Assembly (NCBI GenBank): GCA_951406725.2
Contig: OX597815.1
Location: forward strand, 27,280,001 to 27,344,000
Source: Octopus vulgaris
Taxonomy: Eukaryota
DNA: 64,000 nt
Reading direction: 5' to 3'
The position numbers were made by a program, and so were the translations under genes. Each line of letters begins with the position of its first letter. Positions within the stretch are counted from its first letter, which is position 1. This document shows, in pieces, positions 1-11,775 of this stretch. The notes under the pieces are model-generated. The model made no database searches and had not been told where the DNA came from. It saw only the letters and a program-made list of their open reading frames with translations.

Positions 1-19
1 ATGTGCCACCGACACAGAT

Positions 20-573
20 GCTCTGATGCAGTACCAGGCAGTGGCTCTCGTGGCTTCTGATCTGAACTGATTGGAAGTGTTATCAAGTACATTATTTTGT
101 CTTGGTATAAAAGATGGGCTACAGCAAATATTCTGCTCAATACCACAGATTTGCTTGTCAGTTGTTTGACCTTAACCAGTTGACCATGTCCCTTAGTGGC
201 TGACGATATGTGCATCTCTGATCACGAGCAGAAGTAGTGGAGGAGCATCATAGCCATGTGTTGAGAGGGATTCTTTCGGGTTTGAATTAGTCACCTCTGG
301 AAACATGGGTGTTTCATTCAACATCCTTAAACAACCCTTATTCAGGCACCTTTTGAGCAGGATGGGTTACTTGACCAGAAGAAAATTCTAACTGGTCCCC
401 ACCTGCAAGGTCATGTGCTGTTTATCTTGATATGAAATCACCATGTCGTGCACATATGGTTGTGATGCATGTACCTAGTGTACCCTTATCAGATGGGTAG
501 TCATGATGGGTATACTGGGCTTCGTATATTTTACTGCAGTGTTACTTTGATGGCATGCACTGCTCTCTCACTC

Positions 574-623
<50 letters not shown>
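20..623 (+). repeat. Interspersed repeat with (AAT)n tail
   Basis: Its 5' segment (ctgatgcagtaccaggcagtggctctc) recurs inverted at about 37697-37760 inside an (ATT)n tract; ends in (AAT)n at 574-623. Confidence 0.55.
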
Positions 624-626
<3 letters not shown>

Positions 627-817
627 ACTGTTTGTATACAGTGCTCAGATGCACTACAACTAATCAGAAAAGGTAACCTGAAGTGTATGTACAGTACAGC
701 AAAATTGATTGTTATAATTTAAACTGTGAATATAGAGGAACACATCTATGCATTATAAGACCCTTAATGGACTGATCTACAAATGTGATAAATAAAAATT
801 CCTGTTATCTTTTGTAG

Positions 818-1030
818 GTATCAATGGCTACCTTTATGGGAATCTTCATGAACCAGAAATGTGCATGAATGATAAAGTCATCTGGCATATCATGGCTCTT
901 GGCAACGAAGTTGATTTGCATACTGTTTATTTCCATGGAAATACTTTCACTGTTCACAAAAACCATAAAGATACTTTCAGCGTACTCCCAGGAATGCTAC
1001 AAACACTAGAAATGAAAGCTGTAAATCCTG
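818..1030 (+). CDS. Multicopper ferroxidase (ceruloplasmin/hephaestin-like), internal exon A (cupredoxin domain 4); upstream exons lie outside the window
   Basis: Acceptor tttgtag|818 and donor 1030|gtaagt; 213 nt, phase 1-1. Translates INGYLYGNLHEPEMCMNDKVIWHIMALGNEVDLHTVYFHGNTF...LEMKAVNPG, the ceruloplasmin-family even-domain pattern. Confidence 0.93.
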
Positions 1031-1501
1031 GTAAGTAAATATTATTCCTGGAAACATCCTGTGGCAGAGTTTAAACTCTATTTCCTCACGTTGTTATATT
1101 TATGACCTATGATTCTATTAGGAGGTATCAATAACCAGCAAGGTAATTGCTACAGAGTTACTGTCATTCTTATCTATTCAAATCTCTTTTAATAAATATC
1201 CAATTCCATTTTGTGTTTCTTACCTTGTTTGCTTTACAATAACGACAGAATGACCACGAGTAGAAATGCTGTCTGAATGCTTGATTCAGCAGGCTTCCAT
1301 TGTATTTAAGTTGAATGAAGATCACTCCCAATGCTGCAGTTGTTCTGGTTACAGTATTTAATTTATTACCATACTATGCCCTGTCTATTCTTTTATCCTT
1401 CCAAGGTAAATAAACCTAAGAAACATTTTATAATTGATAAATACAATAATATCAGCTTCTGTTCCTTGGAGCTGGATGGATTTGTAACTTCTCTATCCAA
1501 G

Positions 1502-1915
1502 TAATAATAATAATAATAATAATGAAATTATTGTATACAGTGCTCAGGTGCACCTCAACTTGTCAGAAAGTGCATATAGAGTATATGCAGTAATGTACAA
1601 ATGTCTGGAAAGCGAACAGTGTATGAGTCAGGTACATGCTTGCGTGTGTATGGAGGGGAGAAAATCAGGTGTAGTGTTGGAGAATCTCAGGAAGCATGGA
1701 AGTTTTGAAGGATGCAGTGCTCTGACAACTAACAACTGATACTGGCAGTTTGTTCCATGCTTCAGCAACTCTCAGCGTGAAAAAATGTTTCCGAAAGTCA
1801 TGGGAGCTGTGCTGTTTTCTGACTTTGTAAATATGTCCACGGGTGTTAGACAGATGGAGTTTGAAAAGGTGCTCAGAGTTATTGTTTGTAAGATGGTTAA
1901 TAATTTTATGGGTGT
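1502..1915 (-). mobile_element. CR1-clade LINE 3' fragment
   Basis: NTRGHIYKVRKQHSSHDFRKHFFTLRVAEAWNKLP; near-identical to the 3' end of the element at 36915-37690; (ATT)n tail. Confidence 0.85.
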
Positions 1916-3054
1916 ACTCACAACCCACTTGTTTATTTACCTCTTATCATCTCTGCTGTGATCTATTCTCACCCAGACCCAACCACTAACTCCTATTCTG
2001 AGTCCTTCCACTCCAAAACATTGGCGCTCTGGAATCTTCTCCCTATGCATGTATTTCCTGAAGATGTTAACTTGCAGCAGTCCAAGCAAAACATTAACAA
2101 CATCAAGTCAAGGATCACTGGTCTCAGCAATATAGAATAAGTCTGTGAAGAGAAATTCTCCAAATATAAAAAACATAAGGAGAATCCACCCTATCATATT
2201 TTCATCTCCATCCCTCCCTGTTTCTCTAATTCCTTCTTTCGCTTCTGCTCCCTGCCTTACTACCCAGCCTACCCTCTTATCTAGCATTCCCTTATCTCTC
2301 CACCCAGTATCATTATCCACTCTCTCTTCTGTTTTCCTTTAGTTATAAGGACCATTTTAGGGCCTTAGTCTTACAAATTACAAGACAATCATCATTAGTG
2401 CAGGTAGCACAAAAAAGTACCCAATACACCCTGTAAAGTGGTTGATATTAGAAAGAGCATCCAGTTGTAGAAACTGTGGGATGATGTCAGCAGCTGGGGA
2501 GCTGACCGGAACTTGGGGCTGACCAGAAGGGACAGCAGTAATGCTCGCGCTGCGAGGGCAGGATTCTGCCTTTTCGAGTCAGGTCGCCGAGCAGATAACA
2601 CGGGTCAGCACGTTGTTAAGGTTTGGGAGAAGCAGCTGCTATTTCTAGCGTTTGGGTCGGGCTGTGTTGAAGGATCCATTACCGCTGATGGGTCTCCATC
2701 TGAGCGAAGAGAAGGTAGGTGCCTTTATTTCGAATCTCTTGCATACACCACAGAAACCATGTTAAAGAAGACATTGGTGCATAACACAGTCCTCTGATTT
2801 GTAAGACTGCCAAGCTCTCCAACTTGTGCGAGCATGGAATTTGGACATTAAATGCCAATGATGGTGTTGGCGACAGCAGTGGTGAAGACAATGGTGGCAA
2901 TGGATATCTTCAGATAATGTAATCCATTAACTTTATAACTAGCAAGAGCCATAGTTTTCAGTACCTTGAAAATAAAGAGCTCACTGAAAAGAACACAGCA
3001 GTCATGGAAAATATTTGCATATGTGCAGACATGCACATATGTTTGCACAAATCG

Positions 3055-4038
3055 AAATCGATCAACATCAATGGAAATTGCAGCTGTGATACCAGTGGCC
3101 GGTGGCACGTAAGCAAACCATCCGAACGTGGCCGTTGCCAGCCTCGCCTGGCACGTAAAATGCACCATCCGACCGTGGCCGTTGCCAGCTTCGCCTAGCC
3201 CCATGCCAGTGGCACGTAAAAAGCACCATCCAAACGTGGCCGTTGCCAGCCTCGCCTGGCCACGTGCCGGTGGCATGTAAAAAGCACCATCCAACCATGG
3301 CCGTTGCCAGCTTCGCCTAGCCCCGTGCCAGTGGCACGTAAAAAGCACCAACTGACCGAGGCCGTTTGCCAGCCCCGTCTGGCACCTGTGCCGGTGGCAC
3401 GTAAAAAGCACCCACTACACTCACGGAGTGGTTGGCATTAGGAAAGGCATCCAACCGTAGAAACATTGCCAGATCAGACTGGGCCTGGTGCAGCCTTCTG
3501 GCCTCCCAGACCCCAGTTGAACCGTCCAACCCATGCTAGCATGGAAAGCGGATGCTAAATGATGATGATGATAATATATATATATATTGGAGCGCTAAGA
3601 GTACCATATGAGCGTGATCATTGCCAGAGCAACAAGCTGGCCTCTGTGCCAGTGGCACGTAAAAAACACCATTCGAGTGTGATCGTTAGCTGCATCGACT
3701 TACTGGCACTTGTGCTGGTGGCACGTGAAAAAAACATTCTAGCGAGGTCGTTGCTAGTGCCGCTGGACTGGCTCCTGTGCAGGTGACACATAAAAAGCAC
3801 CATTTGAGCATGGCTGTTGCCAGTACCACCTGACTGGCCCCCGTGCCGGTGGCACATAAAAGCACCCACTACACTCTCGGAGTGGTTGGCGTTAGGAAGG
3901 GCATCCAGCTGTAGAAACTCTGCAAGATCAGATTGGAGCCTGGTGCAGCTATCTGGTTCGCCAGACCTCAGTCAAATTGTCCAACCCATGCTAGCATGGA
4001 AAACGGACGTTAAACGATGATGATGTCGATGATGATGA
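3055..4038 (+). mobile_element. Two copies of SINE-like family C with (GAT)n tail and internal ~58-bp tandem units
   Basis: Shared core gtggttggcgttaggaagggcatccagctgtagaaac...catggaaaacggacgttaaacgatgatgat. Other copies at about 4720-4990(-), 5606-5945(-), 7887-8155(+), 10790-10957(-), 12515-12765(-), 13552-13780(-), 26955-27355(-), 57712-58083(+). Confidence 0.8.
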
Positions 4039-4213
4039 TATGTATATATATATATATACATATCATCATTATCATCATCTCTGCAGATACACATGTATAT
4101 AATTCTACTTTTTGTTTTGTATTACAATAAAATAACAGACATTTTGTTTGTGCTGAAAAATTGTTTGTTCTAAATTAATCCCATCCATTGTAACCAGTGA
4201 CTCTCTTCTGTAG

Positions 4214-4424
4214 GTACATGGGCTGTGGAGTGCGTGACCAATGATCACTTCAATGCTGGAACCAAGGCCATGTATAAAGTAGATCGCTGTACGAGAAAGA
4301 AAAATATTGAAATAACGGAAAACAAAGTTAGAGAATATTTCATTCAAGCTCAAGAAGTTGAATGGGATTATGCCCCAGGACATAAAGACCTCATCTATAA
4401 CACATCCCTTGATGACCCTGACAA
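4214..4424 (+). CDS. Multicopper ferroxidase exon B (end of domain 4, start of domain 5)
   Basis: Acceptor cttctgtag|4214 and donor 4424|gtaagt; phase 1-2, in frame with exon A. GTWAVECVTNDHFNAGTKAMYKVDRC...VREYFIQAQEVEWDYAP contains the type-1 Cu C-x4-H motif and the WDYAP motif. Confidence 0.93.
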
Positions 4425-4714
4425 GTAAGTTAGTTACACATTTATTCAATGGTTTTTTCCTTTATATGTGTGTGTGTGTGTGTGTGCATGCATCATGTGT
4501 ATCCATCGGAGCAATAAGGACTATCTGGTTATCCAAGGATGTTTAATGCTTGTGCAATGAATTAGTTTAAAGTGGAGAAGAGTTGCACACCACCACCCTC
4601 ACTCACCCGCTCATGACCATCTTCAGTTACCTGGTCAAAATATCTGGGGATGGAGATGGATGCATAGGATGACCAAGATGTCTTGCTTGCCCCATCTTGC
4701 TCTCAGCATTCCAC

Positions 4715-4758
<44 letters not shown>

Positions 4759-6931
4759 ACAGCAGTAGCAGCATTTAATGTCTGTTTTCCATGCTGGAAT
4801 GGGTTGGACAGCTTAACAGGAACTTGCAAGGCCAGGGAACACAGCAGGTCCCATAGTTTGTTTCGGCATGGTTTCTACAGCTGGATTCCCTTTCTAATGC
4901 CAACCACTTTACAGAGGGTACTGGGTGATTTTTACATGCCACCATCACCAATGCATTTTATGTGGCATCAGCTTCAATGTTTTTTACATGGCACTTTGGT
5001 TTTAGTATTTCAATTCTGTTGTGGTAGGCAGGTCTTCTCGGGTACAATAATGCACCACATATCTCAGACTTCTGTCATCTCTGTAAAGTTCAGCATTTTG
5101 AAATTGTCCTTCGATACTTTATCTCATGTCTTCCTGGTTCTCCCTTGTCTACAGCTTTCCTCCATTGAACCATGAAGTTTTCTTCTGCAGAATCCACTGG
5201 ATCCACTCTTCACATGAATAGGTAGGCAAGACCTAATATGCTAATTAACCCATAGCTAGGACCCTGACAGGTGCTGCTACTCTGAGTCAGAGTAGACCTG
5301 AAAACAATAGAGCTTAAGAGATGGTTCCACACTCTTCAAGATCCTGGAACTCCCAAACCAGGGCCCCACAACTGGATGCAGTTTAATGTCATACACAAAA
5401 CACACATATCCACACATTCACACACACATAATGCATTTATAGGCACAGGCATGTCTGTGTGGTAAGGAAAGCATGCTTCCCAACCACATGGTTCTGGGTT
5501 CAGTCCCTCTGCGCAGCACCTTGGGCAAGTGTCTTCTACTATAGCCTCAAGCCGACCAAAGCCTTGGGAGTGGATTTGGTAGATGGGAACTGAAAGAAGA
5601 TCATCATATCATCATTATCATCATCATCATCGTTTAACGTCCGTTTTCCATGCTAGCATGGGTTGGATGGTTCGACCGGGGTCTGGGAAGCCAGAAGGCT
5701 GCACCAGGCTCCAGTCTGATCAGGCAGAGTTTCTACAGCTGAATGCCCTTCCTAACGCCAACCACTCCGTGAGTGTAGTGGGTGCTTTTTACATGCCACC
5801 GGCACAGGTGCCAGGCGAGGCTGGCAATGGCCACGATCGGTTGGTGCTTTTTACGTGCCACCGGCACAGGGATCACAACTACAATTTCCATTGATTTTTG
5901 ATGTTGATGTACTTGACTCAATAGGTCTCCTCAAGCACAGGGTCGAAATGGTGTTTCTTTACTTGCCACCTGCACAGGAGTCAGTCCAGCGGCACTGGCA
6001 ACTGCCGGGTGCCAGTCATAGGATTGGTTCAATTTCGATTCCGATTTCACTTGCCCCAACAGATCATCGCAAGCAGAGTTTAGTGTCCAATGAAGGGAGG
6101 TCGGCATGGGTGCCAGTCGTCGGATGAGATTCGATTTCAAATTCAATTTCGACTTCACTTGCCTCAACAGGTCTTCGCGTGTCCAAGGAAGGAAAGGCAT
6201 GCATAAGTGGGCTGGCGACATCCCTAGCAAAGGCCACGGAATGGACTCACTTGTCCTGCTGGGTCTTCTCACGCACAGCACACACATCTATGTGTGTGGG
6301 CATCTGATTTCAAATTGATGGTTACTACATTGCATGTATCTGGTGGGACTGTAAGGCATGGCTGTGTGGTAAGAGGTTTGCTTCCCAGTCAGATGGTTCT
6401 GGGTTCAGTCCTACTGAGTGACACCTTGGGCATGTGTCTTCTACTGTAGCTTTGGGCTGACCGAAGCCTTGTGAGTGGATTTGGTAGATGGAAACTGGAA
6501 GAAGCCCATCGAATATATATATAGTTAATCCCCAAAACATATCTATGAGTGTGTGTGTCTTTGTGTCTGTGTTTGTCCCCCATCACCACTAGACAACCGG
6601 TGTTGGTGTGTTTGCGTCTCTGTAACATAGCGGTTCGGTAAAAAGAAACCTATAGGTTAGGTTAGGTTAGGTTAATTTTTTGTGCCGTTCAAAAGGAAAA
6701 GATCCCTGATGCCATACCAAACGCAAATGAACTTCCATTGTAAGTACTTACACAAAAGACACAGTGCGGCGGCGGTCCGGATGAACTGACGTCACGGGCC
6801 GCAGTTTGGTGACTCTCGGTATAAACTACCCCTCAATGGTTAACAAAATATTGTTTACGTGCACAGGCTTTCAAGAGTTGTTTCCCTTGGTTCATTTTTT
6901 TTTAATACGAATGTTGATTTGTTGTCATACC

Positions 6932-7162
6932 TATTTCTTTACTACCCACAAGGGGCTAAACACAGAGGGGACAAACAAGGACAGACAAATGGATTAAGTC
7001 GATTACATCGACTCCAGTGCGTAACTGGTACTTAATTTATCGACCCCGAAAAGATGAAAGGCAAAGTCGACCTCGGCGGAATTTGAACTCAGAACGTAAC
7101 GGCAAACGAAATACAGCTACGCATTTCGCCTGGCGTGCTAATGGTTTTGCCAGCTCACCGCC
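6932..7162 (-). mobile_element. tRNA-derived SINE with Nin/Deu-like central domain
   Basis: Head with box A/B-like ggcagaa...gagttcaaattcc; core gtcgactttgcctttcatc...ggggtcgataaa; perfect 13-bp TSD ttgttgtcatacc at 6919-6931 and 7163-7175. Confidence 0.85.
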
Positions 7163-8187
7163 TTGTTGTCATACCGTCCAACTCATACCAGCATAGAAGA
7201 CGGGCGGTAGGTGATGATAATGATGACGATGACAATCTGCGATGTCTGATGTTCTGTGTGATATGTGAAGCTTGACATTTGTAGGAATCTTGAGGTGGTT
7301 TTAGGTGTAAGATGTTCACGCTTAGGGACTGTTGGGTACGATAATTACTTGCCGGGGAAGGGAAATATGTAGTGATTATATCTTTGTGCTGTTGAAGAAG
7401 ACAAAATTAACATGACCCCCACTGGAAGTCGTTTTCAAGGTTCCTGTTAACGCTGTCAGAGAAGAAGTGGCATGAGATGTGTGGTTGCGAGTGGATGAGG
7501 CTTTTGTGCTGAAGGTTAGGGATGAAAAAGAAAAACAACGCCCTTTGCTAGAGGTTGTCATAAAAAAAATATAGTAAATAGTCAAATTAAATAGTTTTGT
7601 GATTTGAAATGTTGCGCTTCGTCTTCTACTAAAAATTACACTTAATTTGTTTGTTCAAATTAACGGGTTTAAGAGTTGTGTCCCTTGGTTCTGTTATTCC
7701 TTTTCTTCAAGCTCTAACGCGCACGCAACCCAATGTTATCTTGCCTTCAAATAAGAACATTCAATTTTCTTTTAAGTGCACAATATTTACTCTCTTTCTC
7801 TCTCTCTCTCTCTCTCCCTTATACAGACTCATTTTTGTACACATATTCACTGGCTTCAGACTCAATTTTGTATACATATTTATTTTACTGGCTTCCGTGC
7901 CGGTGGCATGTAAAAAGCACCAACCGTTCGTGGCCGTTGCCAGCCTCCCCTGGCATCTGTGCCGGTGGCACGTAAAAAGCACCCACTACACTCACAGAGT
8001 AGTTGGCGTTGGGAAGGGCATCCAGATGTAGAAACGCTGTCAGATCAGAATGGAACCTGGTGCAGCCTCCTGGCTTCTCAGACCCGGTCGAACCGTCCAA
8101 CCCATGCTAGCATGGAAAACGGACGTTAAATGATGATGATGATGATGATGATGATTCAATTCGTTCAACTGGTAAACAGAATAAAAA

Positions 8188-8593
8188 AATAATAATGAAA
8201 TCATTGTATACAGTGCTCAGGTGCACCACAACTTGTCAACAGTGCGTATAAAGTATATGCAGTAATATACAAATGTCTGGAAAGCAAACAGTGTATGAGT
8301 CAGATACATGCTTGCATGTGTATGGAGGGGAGAAAATCAGGTGTAGTGTTGGAGAATCTCAGAAAGTATGGAAGTTTTGAAGGATGCATTGCTCCGACAA
8401 CTAACAACTGATGCTGGCAGTTTGTTCCATGCTTCAGCAACTCTTAGTGTGAAAAAATGTTCCTGAAAGTCATGGGAGCTGTGCTGTTTTTTGACTTTGT
8501 AAATATGTCCACGGGTGTTAGACAGGTGGAGTTTGAAAAGGTGCTCAGAGTTATTGTTTATAAGATGGATAATAATTTTATGGGTTTTGTCAG
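8188..8593 (-). mobile_element. CR1-clade LINE 3' fragment
   Basis: Same sequence family as 1502-1915 and 36915-37690. Confidence 0.85.
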
Positions 8594-8612
8594 TAAAAAT
8601 CTAGAAGTTAAA

Positions 8613-8985
8613 TAGTTAAGTTAAGTTAAGTTAATTTTTTGGCTCAAAAAGCAAAAAGCAAGGCCATGTAGGGGGACATGGAGTTATGTACAGCGTGGTG
8701 TTCATGCAAAGAGTTCAGGCCATTTGTGGTCAAGGGAGACTTTGAACCGAGCGGTTGTCGGCATCTTCACTATCTTGTCCAGCAGCTTATTACACAGATC
8801 CGCAACCCGGACGGAGAAAGCCCCTCTCCTTCGATTGAGATGAAATCGTCGCAGATAGAGCTTTTTGGAGTGACCCCGCAGCCGACGTTCTGGAGCAGGA
8901 GTGAAGAACAGCTCTTTCGAGAGGTTACACTTTCCGCTTATGATGTGAGCAAGAATGAGATCACCACGGCGGTGGCGTTTTTCTA
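8613..8985 (-). mobile_element. Second CR1-like LINE 3' fragment with (CTTAA)n tail
   Basis: Minus strand reads EKRHRRGDLILAHII...RLRGHSKKLYLRRFHLNRRRGAFSVRVAD...FKVSLD, the CR1 ORF2 C-terminal pattern. Confidence 0.75.
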
Positions 8986-9214
8986 GAGAATAAAGGTCGA
9001 ATTTGATTCTTTCAGCTAACTCTATGAAAGGATTAGCTAAAAATCAGAAATTTATGATCACACATTTTAAGAGAAAAGGCTTGTGGGAGTATGAGCAAAC
9101 ATAAGGAAGTGCTGAGTGTTGCAAGTTAGTGGAACCCATGGAAGAGGGGAAACTAAAGGAGACTTAAGACAAAGTGAGCTGCATCTCAAGGAGATGCCAA
9201 ATGACACTCTATCA

Positions 9215-9515
9215 GTTAACGATGACGAGTGTTCTAGTTAATCCGATGAACAGAACGGATTACTTGTGAAATTAATGTGCCGCTGGTTGAGTACACCTAC
9301 ATACACACGTGACCTTAATGTAGTTCTCAGGGAGATTCAGCATGACACAGAATGTGACAAGACTGACCCTTTTGAAATACAGACACTACTCACTTTTGCC
9401 TGCTGAGTAAACTGGAGTAAGGCAAAATAAAGTGTCTTGCTCAAGGATACAATGTGTTGTTGGGTATCAAATTCATGAGCTAAATGCCCTGAACACTGAG
9501 CCACATGCATTCACA
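9215..9515 (-). mobile_element. tRNA-derived SINE family D
   Basis: Contains ccttgagcaagacactttattt; better-preserved second copy at about 12090-12394(-). Confidence 0.7.
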
Positions 9516-10267
9516 AGGGTCAAAAGACCATACTGAGTGATGTGGTGCTGATGAGGATGATGCAGTCACTCATGGCAAAATGAAAATTGGAATAAGAATT
9601 ACATGTGTGTGTGTGTGTAAGAGAGAGTGTGTGTGTGTGAGAGAGAGAGTGTGTGTGTGAGAGAGAGAGTGTGTGTGTGAGAGAGAGAGGGAAAGATATT
9701 GTGTTAGAGAGTGTGTGAGAGAGAGGGAGAGAAATTGTGTCAGAGAGAGAGAGAATGAAATATCTGTTGGTGTTAACTGAAGTCATCATCATCATCATCG
9801 TTTAATGTCCGTTTTCCATGCTAGCGTGGGTTGGACGGTTCAACTGGGGTAGGGAAGCCAGAAGGCTGCACCAGGCCCAGTCTGATCTGGCAAAAGTTAC
9901 TCAATACATGATGAATGTAAAGTAAAACTCAACATCAATCGGAGGATCAAACTCTGTTTGGAGGCATGAGCACTTTACACACTCACTCGTTTGTTCATTT
10001 ATTTGTTTCAGTCATTTAACTGCAGCCATGCTGGAGCACCACCTTAAGGGTTTTTAGTGAAACAAATCAACACCAGGACTTATTCTTTGTAAGCCTAGTA
10101 CTTATTCTATCCGTCTCTTTTACCGAACCAATAAGTTATAGGGACGTAAATACACCAACATCGGTTGTCAAGCGATGGTAGGGGATAAACACAGACACAG
10201 AAACACATAAATATTTTCATATATATGTGTGTGTGTGTGTGTGTATGTAAGTATGTGTGTATGTATA

Positions 10268-10317
<50 letters not shown>

Positions 10318-10334
10318 TTTTAAATTTTATTTGT

Positions 10335-10780
10335 TAGGGAATAAAAATTCCGGCATAACAGAGGTTCAAATTATTCTCAATGAAGAAATATATATTTTAA
10401 TTTAGAGATAGTAGGCCCTTTCATCTCACCATATAAAAAATAATTTTTATTTTAAATACCTACTGTTTTATAACTTGGCTACACGTGTTTCATGAGGTAC
10501 ATTCCCTGGTTCCTAAACCACTCTGTGTTTTGCTCGAACCCTTTTTAAAATGTAACCCCAATCATCGGGCCCTTATATCACTTATCATCGTTCAATACTA
10601 TAAACTATATTTTAATTTTTTAAAACCCTTAAGTATGGGTTCCAGCAAAACACGGAGCGGTTTAGGAACCGGAAAATGTACCTCATGGAACACATGTAGC
10701 CAAGTTATAAAACAGTAGGTATTTAAAATAAAAATTCTTCTTTATATGGTGAGATGAAGGGGACTACTATCTCTAAATTA
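10335..10780. mobile_element. Inverted-arm element, probably Penelope-derived
   Basis: Inverted arms of about 135 bp at 10398-10533 and 10644-10780, next to (TA)n sequence; one arm carries gaaac-acgt-gta, a half hammerhead core. Confidence 0.55.
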
Positions 10781-11389
10781 ATATATATCATCATCATCAT
10801 CATCATCGTTTAGCGTCCGCTTTCCATGCTAGCATGGGTTGGACGGTTCAACTGGGGTCTGGGAAGCCAGAAGGCTGCACCAGGCCCAGTTTGATCTGGC
10901 AATGTTTCTACGGCTGGATGCCCTTCCTAACGCCAACCACTCCATGAGTGTAGTGGGCTTCTTTCAGTCTACCAAATCCACTCACAAGACTTTAGTCAGC
11001 CCCAAGGCTACAATAGAAGACACTTTCTCAAGCTGCCACACAGTGGGACTGAACCAGGAACTACGTGGTTAGGGAAGTAAGCTTCTTACCACACATCCAC
11101 ACCTGCACCTATGTACATACACAGCTAGAACTTCCACCTACCAAATTCAGTCACAAGGCTTCAGTCAGCCCAAAGCTATAGCAGAAGACACTTGCTCAAA
11201 GTGCCATACAGTGGAACTGAACCCGGAACCATGTGGTTGAGAAACAAACTTCCTAACCACACAGCGATGTCTGCACCTTTTCTTTTCGGAATATCAAGTT
11301 AGAATAAAGGAACTGGGAATGAAATCTTTTAATATTTTGCCTACCAAGCCTATTTTACACCATATTATTTTTTTGCACCAGCAGTCTAA

Positions 11390-11775
11390 TCTTTATATAT
11401 AAAAGTGAAGTTGTCTCCTACGATTTAGATTCCTAACTACTCCCACATTTTGCGGTGCAGTTTAACCAAAACCGGGTATCTTATAGTCGTGATTCATATT
11501 GAGCCCTTCTGGGTATTAGCGTGCGTCTACGATGAGTCTACGATTTAAAAAAAAATTTACCATCATTTTTTCCCATTTTTAATGCATTTTTTGCTATTAT
11601 ATAAGGGAAGTAACTCTCTAAAAATGTATTATTAAATCTCAGAATGTAAAAAGCTACAGTAACACCCCCCTTTGTGGTTAGCCATATTGAGATGGATATT
11701 ATACTTTACATCTCTAAAAATGCTTATATAGTTATTTCCCTTACAAACCCGAGCAACGCCGGGCAATACTGCTAG
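11390..11775 (+). mobile_element. Non-autonomous Helitron
   Basis: A|TC 5' end, subterminal hairpin cccgagcaacgccggg, 3' CTAG|T, no TSD; homologous copies at 33459-33854 and 49943-50340. Confidence 0.88.

Noticed and set aside
3095-3415. Regularly spaced repeats resembling a CRISPR array
   Set aside because: The units are contiguous degenerate tandem repeats without unique spacers, in eukaryotic DNA with no cas genes.
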